Source of the DNA: Candidatus Undinarchaeota archaeon
GTDB lineage: Archaea; SpSt-1190; JASMDC01
NCBI GenBank assembly: GCA_964519305.1
Contig: CAZFHY010000004.1
Coordinates: 96,001-160,000 of the forward strand
DNA: 64,000 bases
Direction: 5' to 3'
This document shows positions 39,216 to 48,610 of this stretch, piece by piece. Under the pieces are notes generated by a model that saw nothing but the letters and a program-made list of their open reading frames with translations, was not told the origin of the DNA and made no database searches. Position 1 is the stretch's first letter. Every line of letters starts with the position of its first letter. A program made the translations under genes and the position numbers.

Positions 39216-40160
39216 ATGTCCAAACGCATCATCCGCACCATCTTCCCCGTGGCGTTCTCGATGTTCCTGCTGTGGTACACGCTCCGTAACATCGACCTTG
39301 TGGACGTACGCCAGCGACTGGCCTCCGTCGATCCAGTTTCCGTGCTCATCGTGCTCGTAATAGAGCTCGGGATCATCGCGATCCTTTCACTTCGATGGCA
39401 GCGCATCCTCCAGAACACGGGATGCACCATACCTGTATCAGAAGCGGTCATGGTGTACTGCGGTGCATCGCCCGCCGAGGTCATCCTACCCATGAAGACC
39501 TCTGACCTCCTCAAGGCCAACTACCTGCGTGTGACCCGCTCGTTCCCATTCGTAAAGGGCGTGTCCTCGGTGTTCCTGGACAACGTCTTCGACCTTGCTG
39601 CGCTCGTTACGGTCTCATTTCTGGGGCTCGCGCTCTCCGGCCATGTCCTGGGAACGCGGTTCACATGGATCCTCGGGGCGGTCTGCGTTTTCATACTGGC
39701 CGCTGCCGCTGCCTCGCGTCTTGTCGACCACCCCGTGTTCGCCAGTTTCCGCGCACTGGGACGACAGAACGTGCTCGAGCTCTACGCTCTGGCCCTCGCC
39801 GTATGGCTCAGCGTCTGCTACATGAACACCCTGTACTTCTCCATGGCGGGGATGCACGTACCGTTCACAACTGTCATGCTATATCTGCCGCTGACCATCA
39901 TGCTGGCCGCCGTGCCGGTAACCGTGGGCGGGCTGGGGAGCGTTGAATGGTGCATGCTCACGTTCTACGAGGGCCTGGGATCTCCCGAAGCCATCATCAC
40001 AGCGGACCTGCTCCAGCGTATCTTCGCCAGCGGGTTCCCCATGCTGATCGGTCTCCCTTTCATCGCCAGGGTCATGTGGCCCGAGGCACCGAAGGACGAG
40101 GGGGACGTTGCCCCTGAAACGGAAGAGGATTATGACGGGGAGGAGGGTGAGGAAGCGTGA
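39216..40160 (+). CDS. Lysylphosphatidylglycerol synthase TM-domain / flippase-like protein (copy 2)
   Basis: Close paralogue of copy 1 (KANYL, DNVFDLAAL, DHPVFASF); acidic tail. Confidence 0.85.
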   Translation: MSKRIIRTIFPVAFSMFLLWYTLRNIDLVDVRQRLASVDPVSVLIVLVIELGIIAILSLRWQRILQNTGCTIPVSEAVMVYCGASPAEVILPMKTSDLLKANYLRVTRSFPFVKGVSSVFLDNVFDLAALVTVSFLGLALSGHVLGTRFTWILGAVCVFILAAAAASRLVDHPVFASFRALGRQNVLELYALALAVWLSVCYMNTLYFSMAGMHVPFTTVMLYLPLTIMLAAVPVTVGGLGSVEWCMLTFYEGLGSPEAIITADLLQRIFASGFPMLIGLPFIARVMWPEAPKDEGDVAPETEEDYDGEEGEEA

Positions 40161-40960
40161 GCGACGAGAAGAGCACATCGACGGACGTTCCATGTGTCGT
40201 GCTCTACTCTGGCGGTTCCGACTCCACCCTCGCCGCCGTGCTCATGTCCCGTCGTTTCCATCCCGTTCACCTCCTCACCTACGACCGCCAGACCGTGCGC
40301 AGGGGTGTGCTCACATTCCCCGGGCTCCGCGACATATCCAAGTCGAGCATTAACGCCAAGCGGCTCGAGGAGGCGTTCGGGAAGGATCGGTTCGTCCATC
40401 ACATGAACGATTACACCGCGCTATTCCGCCGCATCGCCGTGGACGACGTGGACGCAGACCGGCGGCAGTTCGGCTCGCGCCTGTTCCTTTTGATCTGCAT
40501 GGGATGCAAGCTGGCCATGCATGCTCAGGCGATCGCCGACTGTCTCGAACTGGGTGTCCGACGCGTGGCCGACGGGGCCAGTAGGGAGGAGGCGTTCTAC
40601 CCGGCACAGACTCAGGGTGTCATGGACCGGCTCCGAGGTCTGTACGAGGAGCAGGGCATCACCTACGAGAACCCCGTCTACAGTCTTCCGAACAAGAACG
40701 CCGTGCACGATGCCCTAGAGGAGGCAGGCATCCGGATGGAGCGGCCCGCCGAAGGCGTGTTATCCCCCAGGCGCTACCGTGAAGCGTTCCTCTCGTTCCC
40801 CACCCAGGCATGGTGCTGGTTCGGGCTCCAAGCCGCCATGTACAACAAGTTCTACTACGGTCCGCTCCACGACAAGGACCGGGAGCCAGATGCCATTGCG
40901 TACATCGATGCCAAGATGGACGTCGTGCGCGAGTACCTTGAAGAGCGCGGCGTCAAGTAA
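40157..40960 (+). CDS. PP-loop ATP pyrophosphatase (QueC/ThiI-like superfamily)
   Basis: LYSGGSDS, CMGCKLAM, ADG, YENPVY, distal QAWC. Confidence 0.8.
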   Translation: MSDEKSTSTDVPCVVLYSGGSDSTLAAVLMSRRFHPVHLLTYDRQTVRRGVLTFPGLRDISKSSINAKRLEEAFGKDRFVHHMNDYTALFRRIAVDDVDADRRQFGSRLFLLICMGCKLAMHAQAIADCLELGVRRVADGASREEAFYPAQTQGVMDRLRGLYEEQGITYENPVYSLPNKNAVHDALEEAGIRMERPAEGVLSPRRYREAFLSFPTQAWCWFGLQAAMYNKFYYGPLHDKDREPDAIAYIDAKMDVVREYLEERGVK

Positions 40961-41065
40961 AAGTCAAGGTGAATATACGCATCACACCTGCGGAAACCCT
41001 CCCTTGCAGGAACCGGAACGGTCCCGCGGGAAGGTTTATAAGGCGGACACGGTGCCTGTCTGTTC

Positions 41066-41845
41066 GTGTACGACCTGGTGGAGCAGGAGGAGCTCGTGGC
41101 CCACGGACGGGAGCTCGTCGACTCGTACCTCGAGAAGGTGTACGGCGAGGGCGCGCCCGACGTGCCGGCCTACGTTCTCGACTCCAAGCAATTCCACCGC
41201 AAGGCACAGCGGGACCCGTTGGAGCTTTCTGGTCGGGTGGAGGTAGGCTTCTACAGCCCCCACCGCAACCTATTGCAGGGGATGCACAAGGCCGTGTACC
41301 TTGAGGACCAGGACGAGCACCGTGAGAAGTGCGTACCACGCTATCAGCAGATGCGTGACCAAGCTGCGGACGATACGTGGGACACGGGGCGCGCCGCGGC
41401 CATCGACCGCCAGCTCGCCTTCTGGGAGGCCATGACCCCCGAGGTCGTAACCGTCCACGAGTACGGCCATGTATTCCTCGACGACTATACGGGCAATCCG
41501 ACATGGAAGGACGAGCACACGTCCGAGGGATTTGCTACCTTTACTGAGATGGCAGTGCTCGAGGGCTCGGGCTACTTCGACGAAGATTATGTCGCGTCGT
41601 ACAAGGCCGCCCGGCTCCCCGCTCTCATGGACTCCCAGCGGGAAGGGATGGCGAAGTTCCAGCGCCTATGGGAGGAGAGCCCGTCGCCCGAGTTCTTCGC
41701 TGCCTCGGTCAAGCGGCTGGGAGAGCGCAAGGGCTGGTTCTCCCGCGTGTGGATCGACGACTACATGACGGCGCTCGACGATGTGTCGCCCGAGGAACTG
41801 GCCGCTGCCAGCGACATGTGCGAGATCGTGATTCGAGATCGGTGA
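41066..41845 (+). CDS. Putative gluzincin metallopeptidase
   Basis: VHEYGH and downstream SEGFATFTE; TTTATAA box upstream. Confidence 0.65.
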   Translation: MYDLVEQEELVAHGRELVDSYLEKVYGEGAPDVPAYVLDSKQFHRKAQRDPLELSGRVEVGFYSPHRNLLQGMHKAVYLEDQDEHREKCVPRYQQMRDQAADDTWDTGRAAAIDRQLAFWEAMTPEVVTVHEYGHVFLDDYTGNPTWKDEHTSEGFATFTEMAVLEGSGYFDEDYVASYKAARLPALMDSQREGMAKFQRLWEESPSPEFFAASVKRLGERKGWFSRVWIDDYMTALDDVSPEELAAASDMCEIVIRDR

Positions 41846-41852
41846 GCTCGCC

Positions 41853-43016
41853 GTGGACCTCTCCGCCCGCGCCCCCTATGCAATTCTTGCCTCCTACTGG
41901 GGCATGTACGCCATCATCATCCTCTTCTTCTCCCTCCACCTCCGCGAGATCGGGGGCAGCTATCTCCACGTGGCGTCACTGACCACGGTGATGGCGCTGG
42001 CCACCTTGCTAGCCGTGAACGTCTGGACCGCACTGCGTGACACCTACGGACGCACTCGTCCCTTCCTCGTTGCGGGGACGATGGCAATGGTCCTCACCAT
42101 GGCGGTGCCGTTCATCGTGACCAGCCCCGACTCCTTCGTAGTTATGGTGGCCGCGCTCGCCCTGGTGCACTGCAGCGTCAATCCCCTGGTAAACGCCTAC
42201 GTCACAGTCACATCCGGAGTGTCCTCGGGAGAGGCGGCCGGTGACCTCCAGACTGTCGGCTCCGGTGGTTTCTTCGCAGCGTCCCTTATCGGTGGTTTCC
42301 TATACGGGATGGGGGGCGTCAACGCCACCGCCATCCTCGGTCTCGTGGGATGCGGTACGGCCGTGATCCTGGCGCTCCTCATCGAAGAGGACGGTCACGG
42401 GGAGCAGCAGGTCGGCGGTATGGACCTCTCCTTCATCTTCTCCAATCGTGCTCTGATGGCCGTGTGCACCATCGGTCTCCTCCTCAACGCCGCCCGGTTC
42501 GGGTTCAGTTCGCTATTCCCGCTATACTTCATCTCCATCGGGGGGAGCGGCTCATGGCTCGGGTACCTTAACGCCACCGCCACGCTCCTTGCCGTGCTGA
42601 GCGCCCGTCGCATCGGGAGGATGGTAGGCTCCGGCGGCGGGATGACCTTCATGCTGGCCGGCATCAGCGGGTACCTTGTGGTGTTCCTCGGGATGCTCGC
42701 GCTCCCCATGCTCCCTGAAGCGGGCATGCGGCTCTGGGCCGTCATGTTGATGTGGGCCGTCCCCATGTACGTGCTCGTGGAGGTCCCCACGATCTCGCTC
42801 GTGGCCAATCACACCAGTGAGGAGGAACGGGCCCGCGGCATGGGGGCGCTGACCTTCGCCTACAACGCTGGTGCCGTCATCGGCCCGCTCGCGACCGGCT
42901 TCCTGGCGACACGCACCGGTGACTTCACACCGGCCATCGCCTTCGCGGCCGTGGTGACCGCGCTCACGCTCGCCTACGGTGGGTTCGCGCTGCCCCGGGA
43001 ACGTGAAACGGACTAG
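41853..43016 (+). CDS. MFS transporter
   Basis: About 12 TM; DTYGR loop, ERARGMG, GAVIGP. Confidence 0.9.
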   Translation: MDLSARAPYAILASYWGMYAIIILFFSLHLREIGGSYLHVASLTTVMALATLLAVNVWTALRDTYGRTRPFLVAGTMAMVLTMAVPFIVTSPDSFVVMVAALALVHCSVNPLVNAYVTVTSGVSSGEAAGDLQTVGSGGFFAASLIGGFLYGMGGVNATAILGLVGCGTAVILALLIEEDGHGEQQVGGMDLSFIFSNRALMAVCTIGLLLNAARFGFSSLFPLYFISIGGSGSWLGYLNATATLLAVLSARRIGRMVGSGGGMTFMLAGISGYLVVFLGMLALPMLPEAGMRLWAVMLMWAVPMYVLVEVPTISLVANHTSEEERARGMGALTFAYNAGAVIGPLATGFLATRTGDFTPAIAFAAVVTALTLAYGGFALPRERETD

Positions 43017-43024
43017 CTCCGCGT

Positions 43025-44110
43025 TCAATGTCCCGGGAGAAAATCACGATAGTAGCAGGTTAGGTCAGTGCACTCCCCACTGTACCCTTGACGGAAGGTG
43101 CGACGGGTGCGGGTGTAGAGCGCACTGTCGGGGATCGTGTCGTCCTTCGCGGCCTTGAGGATGTCGGTGATGAAGCGCACGTCCTGGAGCTTGCGGGCCA
43201 TGTCGTTGGGCCGGCCGTCGATCTTGACCGCAGTGATCCCTGCCCTGAGGAGCGTTCGGAGGACACAAGCTCCGCAGTCCACACCGGTCTTACCACCGAA
43301 GTGGCCTCCCATCCGTTGTCTGGCCGCGGCCATCCCCTCCAATGGGACGCTACCGATCGTCACTGGTGATACATTGTAGTCGAGCAGGCATGGTGCAGGC
43401 CGGAGGCCGGGAAGACGGCGCACATGCCGCAGCGCACGCTTGGGGACGAATTTGGCCGCCTGCAGCGCCCATCGACTGTTGAGGAGGCCGAACCCGATGC
43501 GCCCCGTGAGCGGCCGGACCGCTTCGTCCATGCCGTCCACGAAGGTGCAGAACCCGTCGACGTTCACGCACCGGTTGTTTAGCACGAACACCTCCAGCTC
43601 CACGGGCGAGTCGCGTGCCAGTGCCACGATCTCCTCGGGAGTGAGCTGCTGTGGCAGCACCACACGGCTGGCGCCCAGGCCCTCGTAGAACTCCAGAGCA
43701 GCACTGTTGAAGGCGGGAGCGATGGTGCTCACATGGAGACGCACGTCCGGATGCTCGGTCCGTGCACGGACCATGGTGGGCACGTCGGCGATTAGGAATC
43801 CGTCCACGCCCGCGTCAGCAGCAGCGTCCATCAACCGGCCCAGATGCTCGCGCTGGCGGTGGGTGTAGTAGTCGAGGTTGAGGGTAAGGGTCACCGGCGC
43901 CTTTCGTTCGTGAGCGCGGTCCACGGCATCCTTGAGCTCTTCTAACGAAGGGAAGTTCGCACCAACAGCGGGCTCCTGGTTGCCGGCCACGAGGGTGGAG
44001 AAGGCCTTGCGCCAGTCGGCGGTCAGCACTCCTGCATAGAAGGCGGTGGCTCCGGCATCCACCAGGGGATCCACCTCGAAGGCACGAGTGAGCGGGGAGA
44101 GGACCTCCAC
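43025..44110 (-). CDS. U32 family Fe-S protein (peptidase U32 / O2-independent hydroxylase-like); start approximate
   Basis: VLSP..AGA..FYAG, HVSTI, RVVLP, RCVNVDGFC, CGAC, KIDGR, terminal CYY. Confidence 0.85.
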   Translation of the reverse strand: MEVLSPLTRAFEVDPLVDAGATAFYAGVLTADWRKAFSTLVAGNQEPAVGANFPSLEELKDAVDRAHERKAPVTLTLNLDYYTHRQREHLGRLMDAAADAGVDGFLIADVPTMVRARTEHPDVRLHVSTIAPAFNSAALEFYEGLGASRVVLPQQLTPEEIVALARDSPVELEVFVLNNRCVNVDGFCTFVDGMDEAVRPLTGRIGFGLLNSRWALQAAKFVPKRALRHVRRLPGLRPAPCLLDYNVSPVTIGSVPLEGMAAARQRMGGHFGGKTGVDCGACVLRTLLRAGITAVKIDGRPNDMARKLQDVRFITDILKAAKDDTIPDSALYTRTRRTFRQGYSGECTDLTCYYRDFLPGH

Positions 44111-44162
44111 GTCTGGAAGGGCGACGCCAACCTTGATAAAGGTACGCGGGGAGAACGGGAGC

Positions 44163-44597
44163 ATGCTGATCACCGTCTCCGGCCTCGGGTTCGCGGCCTC
44201 CCACTTCCTGGCAGGCCATCCCACGTGCGGGCGCCTCCACGGCCATAACTACCGCGTCGAGATCGTGTGCGAGGGCGAACCTGACGACAGGGGCATGGTG
44301 GCCGACTTCCACGTGATCAAAGCGGCCGCTGCTACCGTGCTCGATGAGGTGGACCACCGGACCCTTCTTCCCGGGGAGAACGACGAGATCAAGATATCGG
44401 TCGAGGGTGACGAGGTCAGGGTCACGGGCTGCAAGACACTAGTGCTCCCACGCGAGGACGTAGTGGTGCTGCCTGTGAGGAACACGACCTGCGAGGAGCT
44501 GGTTAAATGGCTCCACGGCAGAATGGCAGAACACATCCCCTCCCTTGTGAACGTCAGGCTGTGGGAGAACGAGCGCTCGTCAGCGGCATATCCCTAG
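44163..44597 (+). CDS. queD: 6-carboxy-5,6,7,8-tetrahydropterin synthase (QueD/PTPS family)
   Basis: FAASH, CGRLHGHNY, DH, TTCE, LWEN. Confidence 0.88.
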   Translation: MLITVSGLGFAASHFLAGHPTCGRLHGHNYRVEIVCEGEPDDRGMVADFHVIKAAAATVLDEVDHRTLLPGENDEIKISVEGDEVRVTGCKTLVLPREDVVVLPVRNTTCEELVKWLHGRMAEHIPSLVNVRLWENERSSAAYP

Positions 44598-47008
44598 GTT
44601 ATGATCCCATGCCGCAGGCCCAGGAGGGCGAAGTTGGCGGCGAAGTGGAACATTATCGGTACGGCCAACGAGCGTGATCTCCTTAGAAGGATCCCCGCTG
44701 CGTAACCGAACAGGGCGAGCATGATGAACACCATGGGAGAGATGCTCTTTCCAAAGTGGGCAGCAGCGAAGAGCAGTGCCTGTATCGTGCACGCGAGCTC
44801 GAACGGGAATGCCTTGGCCAGTGAGTGCAGGAGCGCGCCACGGAACCACAGTTCCTCGGCAACTGCGGTGAATGCTGCGGTGATCACCACCCAGAGGACC
44901 AGGTTCGAGCCCCTGGGAAAGAGGAGCGTGGGCTCCCTCAACTCTTCGCCGACATATCCCCATGCCAGACCGAGAATCAGGGCACCGATGACGAAAAGAA
45001 GGGTGGGCCGCTCAAGGTACCCCTCCCGTCCCGCGATGATCACGTAGGGGAGCGACGCCTGGATGACCACAAGGTTCGCCAACAGCGTCCCGAGATGGAT
45101 GGAGATGCCGAACAAATCACCGGTGAACACCGACACGAGTATGTGGAGGAGAAGGAGGATGAGGAACACGGAGAAGCCCTCCATGGCGTGCGACAGCCTT
45201 TTCGTGAACACGCCCCGGCACCCGAGCGACCAGAACGAGAGGACGTATAGGAAGGCGATTAGCAGCATGAACTGGGAGAGCCCCGGGGTCCCATATCGAA
45301 GGATTGCTGTGTACCCGGTGATGCCCAACGCGATCCAGGCGAGAACGAAATTGTCCTCGCCGCCACCGATGAAATCCCTGGAGATCCATTGCCCCGCATG
45401 GTACAGGAAGAGCGGCAGGGCGCCCAAGTAGAAGGCGGCCGACACGACCAGCAGGTCGGCGAAGAACTTGGTAAGCATCACCCGTGTGAGGGGTTTGAGC
45501 GAGGGCGCCCACCGGAGGTTGAGCGTGTTCTTCACATTGCCCACATGTGCCTCTATCTCCGAGAACCCGTAGAGCACGGTATAGTTGGTTATGTAGAGCA
45601 TGGACATGCTGAACAGCAGTAAGTACACGATCCAGCGACGCTCCTCTTGCCTGGCCAGGGCATGGAACCCGAGGATTAGCACCATTGTGAGGATGAGGAG
45701 GCTGGTGACGTCCAGCGGGATTGTCATCCCGAAGAGGGCTGGCGCGTCGGTTATGAGCTGGGTCCGCATGTCGACGCCGATGATACCCGTCTGCGGATTG
45801 ATACGCCGCAGCGTGATCCATGGGTTGAAGAGGAAGGTGAGGACAAGCGCGCACGCCACTCCCATCATCGGGGCGTACGACTTCACCTGTTCAAGGCGCT
45901 CGCCCTTCACATCCATCATCATGAGCAGCCATATGCCCATGGGAAGGAGGAGCAGGAGGAACAGACTGATCACACCGATGGCATACAGGAAGACGGTGAA
46001 CCAGAGCTCCGCCCCCTGGTAGCGGATCGTCTCCGAATAGAGGAGGTGACTGAGCGGCTCGTGATGCTCGAGACAGACGTCCTTGTACATCTGAGCCTGC
46101 GCGGGGCCCAGGCCCCTGCCGCGGGGCGAGCAGAGCACGTTCATGTAGAACGGATCGAGCTCGCTCCCCAGCACGTACGGGATGAGGAAGTAGCCCGCGT
46201 CGGCCAGACCACGGGATATGAGGATGACGGACAGTCCCAGATGGAACAGACGGGGGGTCGTGAACAGCTTGGCGATGGTGAAGATGAAAGAGCGCTCCAT
46301 ATCGTCGATCTGGTTGGCGAACCCCGACGCGGATATCTGCTCGGAGAAGTGGAGGAAGTAGAGCGTGGAGATGAGGAAGAGCGCCTTGTCCACCGACGTT
46401 ATCATCCACTGGGTGATGGGATCGAAGATGATCAGGAAGAACGCGATGAGGATGTAGTAGGAGAGGAGGTAGCGCGCCAGGACCATGAGCAGTGATGCTT
46501 CTTTCCCGTCCAGGTGCTGATCCAGCGGAGAACGGGCAAAACGCTCCCAGACCTTGTCCACATCCACCGAACGCACGTTGGCGAGCGCTGTCAGTATAAT
46601 GTGGACCACTGAGTACAGCACACCCGGCCGGTCGAACGTGAACGTGATAGCGATATAGATGCACACGAGGTTGAGGATCACCTGGCCGAACACGAGCGAG
46701 TCGAACAGGAGGGTCGCCCGCCAGGCCTTGCTGATCTGGATGAGGTCCGTGGATGATTCCAGGGTGAGGACGTGCTTGAACGCGATCACGTAGAAGGCAA
46801 GCAGGATGAACTTGTTCAGGCGCCAATCCTCGCGGCCGAACACGTTCTCGGGCAGGTCGAACTCGTACCACAGGATGACGAGCATGAGGTAGGCCAGCGT
46901 CTTCTCGAACAGGTCGAGCTCGGGTGTTAGGAGTCCTAGGAAGTCGCCCATGGCAAGGAGCATACCCGAGATTATCAGGAAGAAGCCTACTAGCTGCCGG
47001 GGCTCCAT
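44594..47008 (-). CDS. Large polytopic membrane protein with C-terminal CPBP (Abi/CAAX) protease domain
   Basis: EELWFRG, FAAAH, HFAANF in the last ~110 aa; many upstream TM segments. Confidence 0.8.
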   Translation of the reverse strand: MEPRQLVGFFLIISGMLLAMGDFLGLLTPELDLFEKTLAYLMLVILWYEFDLPENVFGREDWRLNKFILLAFYVIAFKHVLTLESSTDLIQISKAWRATLLFDSLVFGQVILNLVCIYIAITFTFDRPGVLYSVVHIILTALANVRSVDVDKVWERFARSPLDQHLDGKEASLLMVLARYLLSYYILIAFFLIIFDPITQWMITSVDKALFLISTLYFLHFSEQISASGFANQIDDMERSFIFTIAKLFTTPRLFHLGLSVILISRGLADAGYFLIPYVLGSELDPFYMNVLCSPRGRGLGPAQAQMYKDVCLEHHEPLSHLLYSETIRYQGAELWFTVFLYAIGVISLFLLLLLPMGIWLLMMMDVKGERLEQVKSYAPMMGVACALVLTFLFNPWITLRRINPQTGIIGVDMRTQLITDAPALFGMTIPLDVTSLLILTMVLILGFHALARQEERRWIVYLLLFSMSMLYITNYTVLYGFSEIEAHVGNVKNTLNLRWAPSLKPLTRVMLTKFFADLLVVSAAFYLGALPLFLYHAGQWISRDFIGGGEDNFVLAWIALGITGYTAILRYGTPGLSQFMLLIAFLYVLSFWSLGCRGVFTKRLSHAMEGFSVFLILLLLHILVSVFTGDLFGISIHLGTLLANLVVIQASLPYVIIAGREGYLERPTLLFVIGALILGLAWGYVGEELREPTLLFPRGSNLVLWVVITAAFTAVAEELWFRGALLHSLAKAFPFELACTIQALLFAAAHFGKSISPMVFIMLALFGYAAGILLRRSRSLAVPIMFHFAANFALLGLRHGIIT

Positions 47009-47061
47009 GTTCCTGATGCCCGTTTTTTCGCTGTTCCCACCCGGGGGCGTCCCCTCCTGTG

Positions 47062-47751
47062 TCAGCGGGGCCCACCTCCAGAGCAGAGGCGGGAGAGCAT
47101 GACAGCGAGCTCGGCCATATCATCGGTACGTTGAGGGCATACGGCCAGCACCTCCTCGTCATGGGCGCGGAAGGCGATGGAATGCCCGGCCAGACGTAGC
47201 ATGGGGATGTCGGGGCGTGCGTCGCCCACGGTAGCACAATCCGCTGGCGTCAGACCACGCTCGTCCAGCGCCGCTGCGAGGAGCTCGCCCTTGTTGTCTA
47301 GAGAGCACACCACTTCGACGCCTTCCACCAGCCCGTTCCTGTAGGTCAGCCGGTTGGTTATGTAGGGTACGGTCAGCTCTTTGCTGACACGCTCTGCGAG
47401 CACGTCGAGTCCGGAGGAGATTATCAGGTTCTGGGCTCCGGCTTCTGTGACCGCGGCCACTGCTTCGCGGGCGCCGGGGGTCAGCGGGATGTCGGCTACC
47501 AGCTGCTCCAGCCGTTCCCGCGGTGTACCGCGCATGAGCGCCACGTCCAGCTCGGCCCAGCGCTGATAGCTGATCTTACCAGAGAAGTATAGCTCCTTGT
47601 TGGCGTCGCAGGCCTTGCCGTGCCCCAGGGTGCGCAGCAGATGGTCCCAGATGCTACGGACCTCGGTGAGCACGCCGTCCAGGTCCCACACGACGAGACG
47701 GACAGGGAGTGCAGTCGTTCGCGCTGTGTCATCAGGTCCGTCAAATCCCAT
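47062..47751 (-). CDS. HAD-IB phosphatase (phosphoserine phosphatase-like)
   Basis: WDLDGVL, ISSG, NKG, GDARPD. Confidence 0.88.
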   Translation of the reverse strand: MGFDGPDDTARTTALPVRLVVWDLDGVLTEVRSIWDHLLRTLGHGKACDANKELYFSGKISYQRWAELDVALMRGTPRERLEQLVADIPLTPGAREAVAAVTEAGAQNLIISSGLDVLAERVSKELTVPYITNRLTYRNGLVEGVEVVCSLDNKGELLAAALDERGLTPADCATVGDARPDIPMLRLAGHSIAFRAHDEEVLAVCPQRTDDMAELAVMLSRLCSGGGPR

Positions 47752-47799
47752 CGCGCCGTCCTTCCCCTCTCGTTCTCCTGTTCGGTGCTCCTATCGTCC

Positions 47800-48480
47800 C
47801 TACCAGCAGGGCCCCTTCGTGATGCAGTCGCCGCACACGGTCTCCTCGTTGGTGAGGGCACCTTCCAGGATAGCGTCGTCCAGGTGGGCCCGGCAGAGGT
47901 CCGCGCCCCGCAGGTCCGCGCCGGTGAGGTCAGCGTCGATGAACTGCGTGTCGTGGCAGCTGGCACCCCGGAGGTTCGCACCACGGAGGTCGGCCATGGC
48001 CAACTGCGCTCCGTGTAGGAACGCGTCGGAGAGGTCCGCACCACGAAGGGTGGCGTTGTTCATGCGGACACCCGGCGCGCGGGCCCAGGAGAGGTCCGCC
48101 ATGGTCAGATCTGCTTTGGTGAGTACCGTGCCCATGAGATTCGCCTCCTTCATGACCGCTCCTGCGAGATTGGCGCCCCTGAGCTCCGCGAACTGGAGGT
48201 CCGCCTTCTCAAGATCGCATGCAAGGCAGGAGTTAGCGACCAGGAGATAGTTCACCTCGTTGCCCGTCCGGGGCCGTGGTGTGGGCCGTGCGGACGGGAG
48301 GGGTGTGGCCACGGGTGTCGGCCGGGGGTCACCAGGGGCCGGCGTGGGCGTCGGCCCTTCGGACAACATCGCTGGAGGAAGGAGCGCTACGTCCATCCCG
48401 AGGTCGAGCCCTTCCATGCAGCCGGCGCTGGCGACGAGGGCCAACAGGACGCAGGCGATGAAAGCGTTCGACCTATCCAA
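47800..48480 (-). CDS. Pentapeptide-repeat lipoprotein
   Basis: SAGC lipobox, Pro/Thr linker, A(D/N)Lxx repeats capped by CxxC motifs. Confidence 0.85.
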   Translation of the reverse strand: MDRSNAFIACVLLALVASAGCMEGLDLGMDVALLPPAMLSEGPTPTPAPGDPRPTPVATPLPSARPTPRPRTGNEVNYLLVANSCLACDLEKADLQFAELRGANLAGAVMKEANLMGTVLTKADLTMADLSWARAPGVRMNNATLRGADLSDAFLHGAQLAMADLRGANLRGASCHDTQFIDADLTGADLRGADLCRAHLDDAILEGALTNEETVCGDCITKGPCW

Positions 48481-48610
48481 GTCTAACTACCTAGGCAGTG
48501 GTGAGCGACTACCCATTATAAAACTACTCTCCTTGGAGGCGGATGGAGGACAGTGGTTCTTTGATGGATACATGTCCGCAAAGAAGTCCCTCTCACAAAG
48601 GTGAGAAATA

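Noticed and set aside
40985-41012. CCTGC/GCAGG hairpin with GAAA, SECIS-like
   Set aside because: The upper stem does not pair and no upstream gene has an in-frame TGA; probably terminator-like or chance
35124-44597. Canonical queCDE operon
   Set aside because: The rSAM is Tes-like rather than QueE-like, the PP-loop protein lacks the QueC zinc motif, and the genes are not adjacent
45891-47237. 448-aa alternative-frame ORF (likewise 49099-50217, 13315-14271, 4045-4965, 32800-33705)
   Set aside because: Shadow ORFs overlapping well-supported genes; expected at high GC and with no motifs of their own
47860-48215. 15-bp periodic DNA repeats
   Set aside because: Fully explained by the pentapeptide-repeat coding sequence
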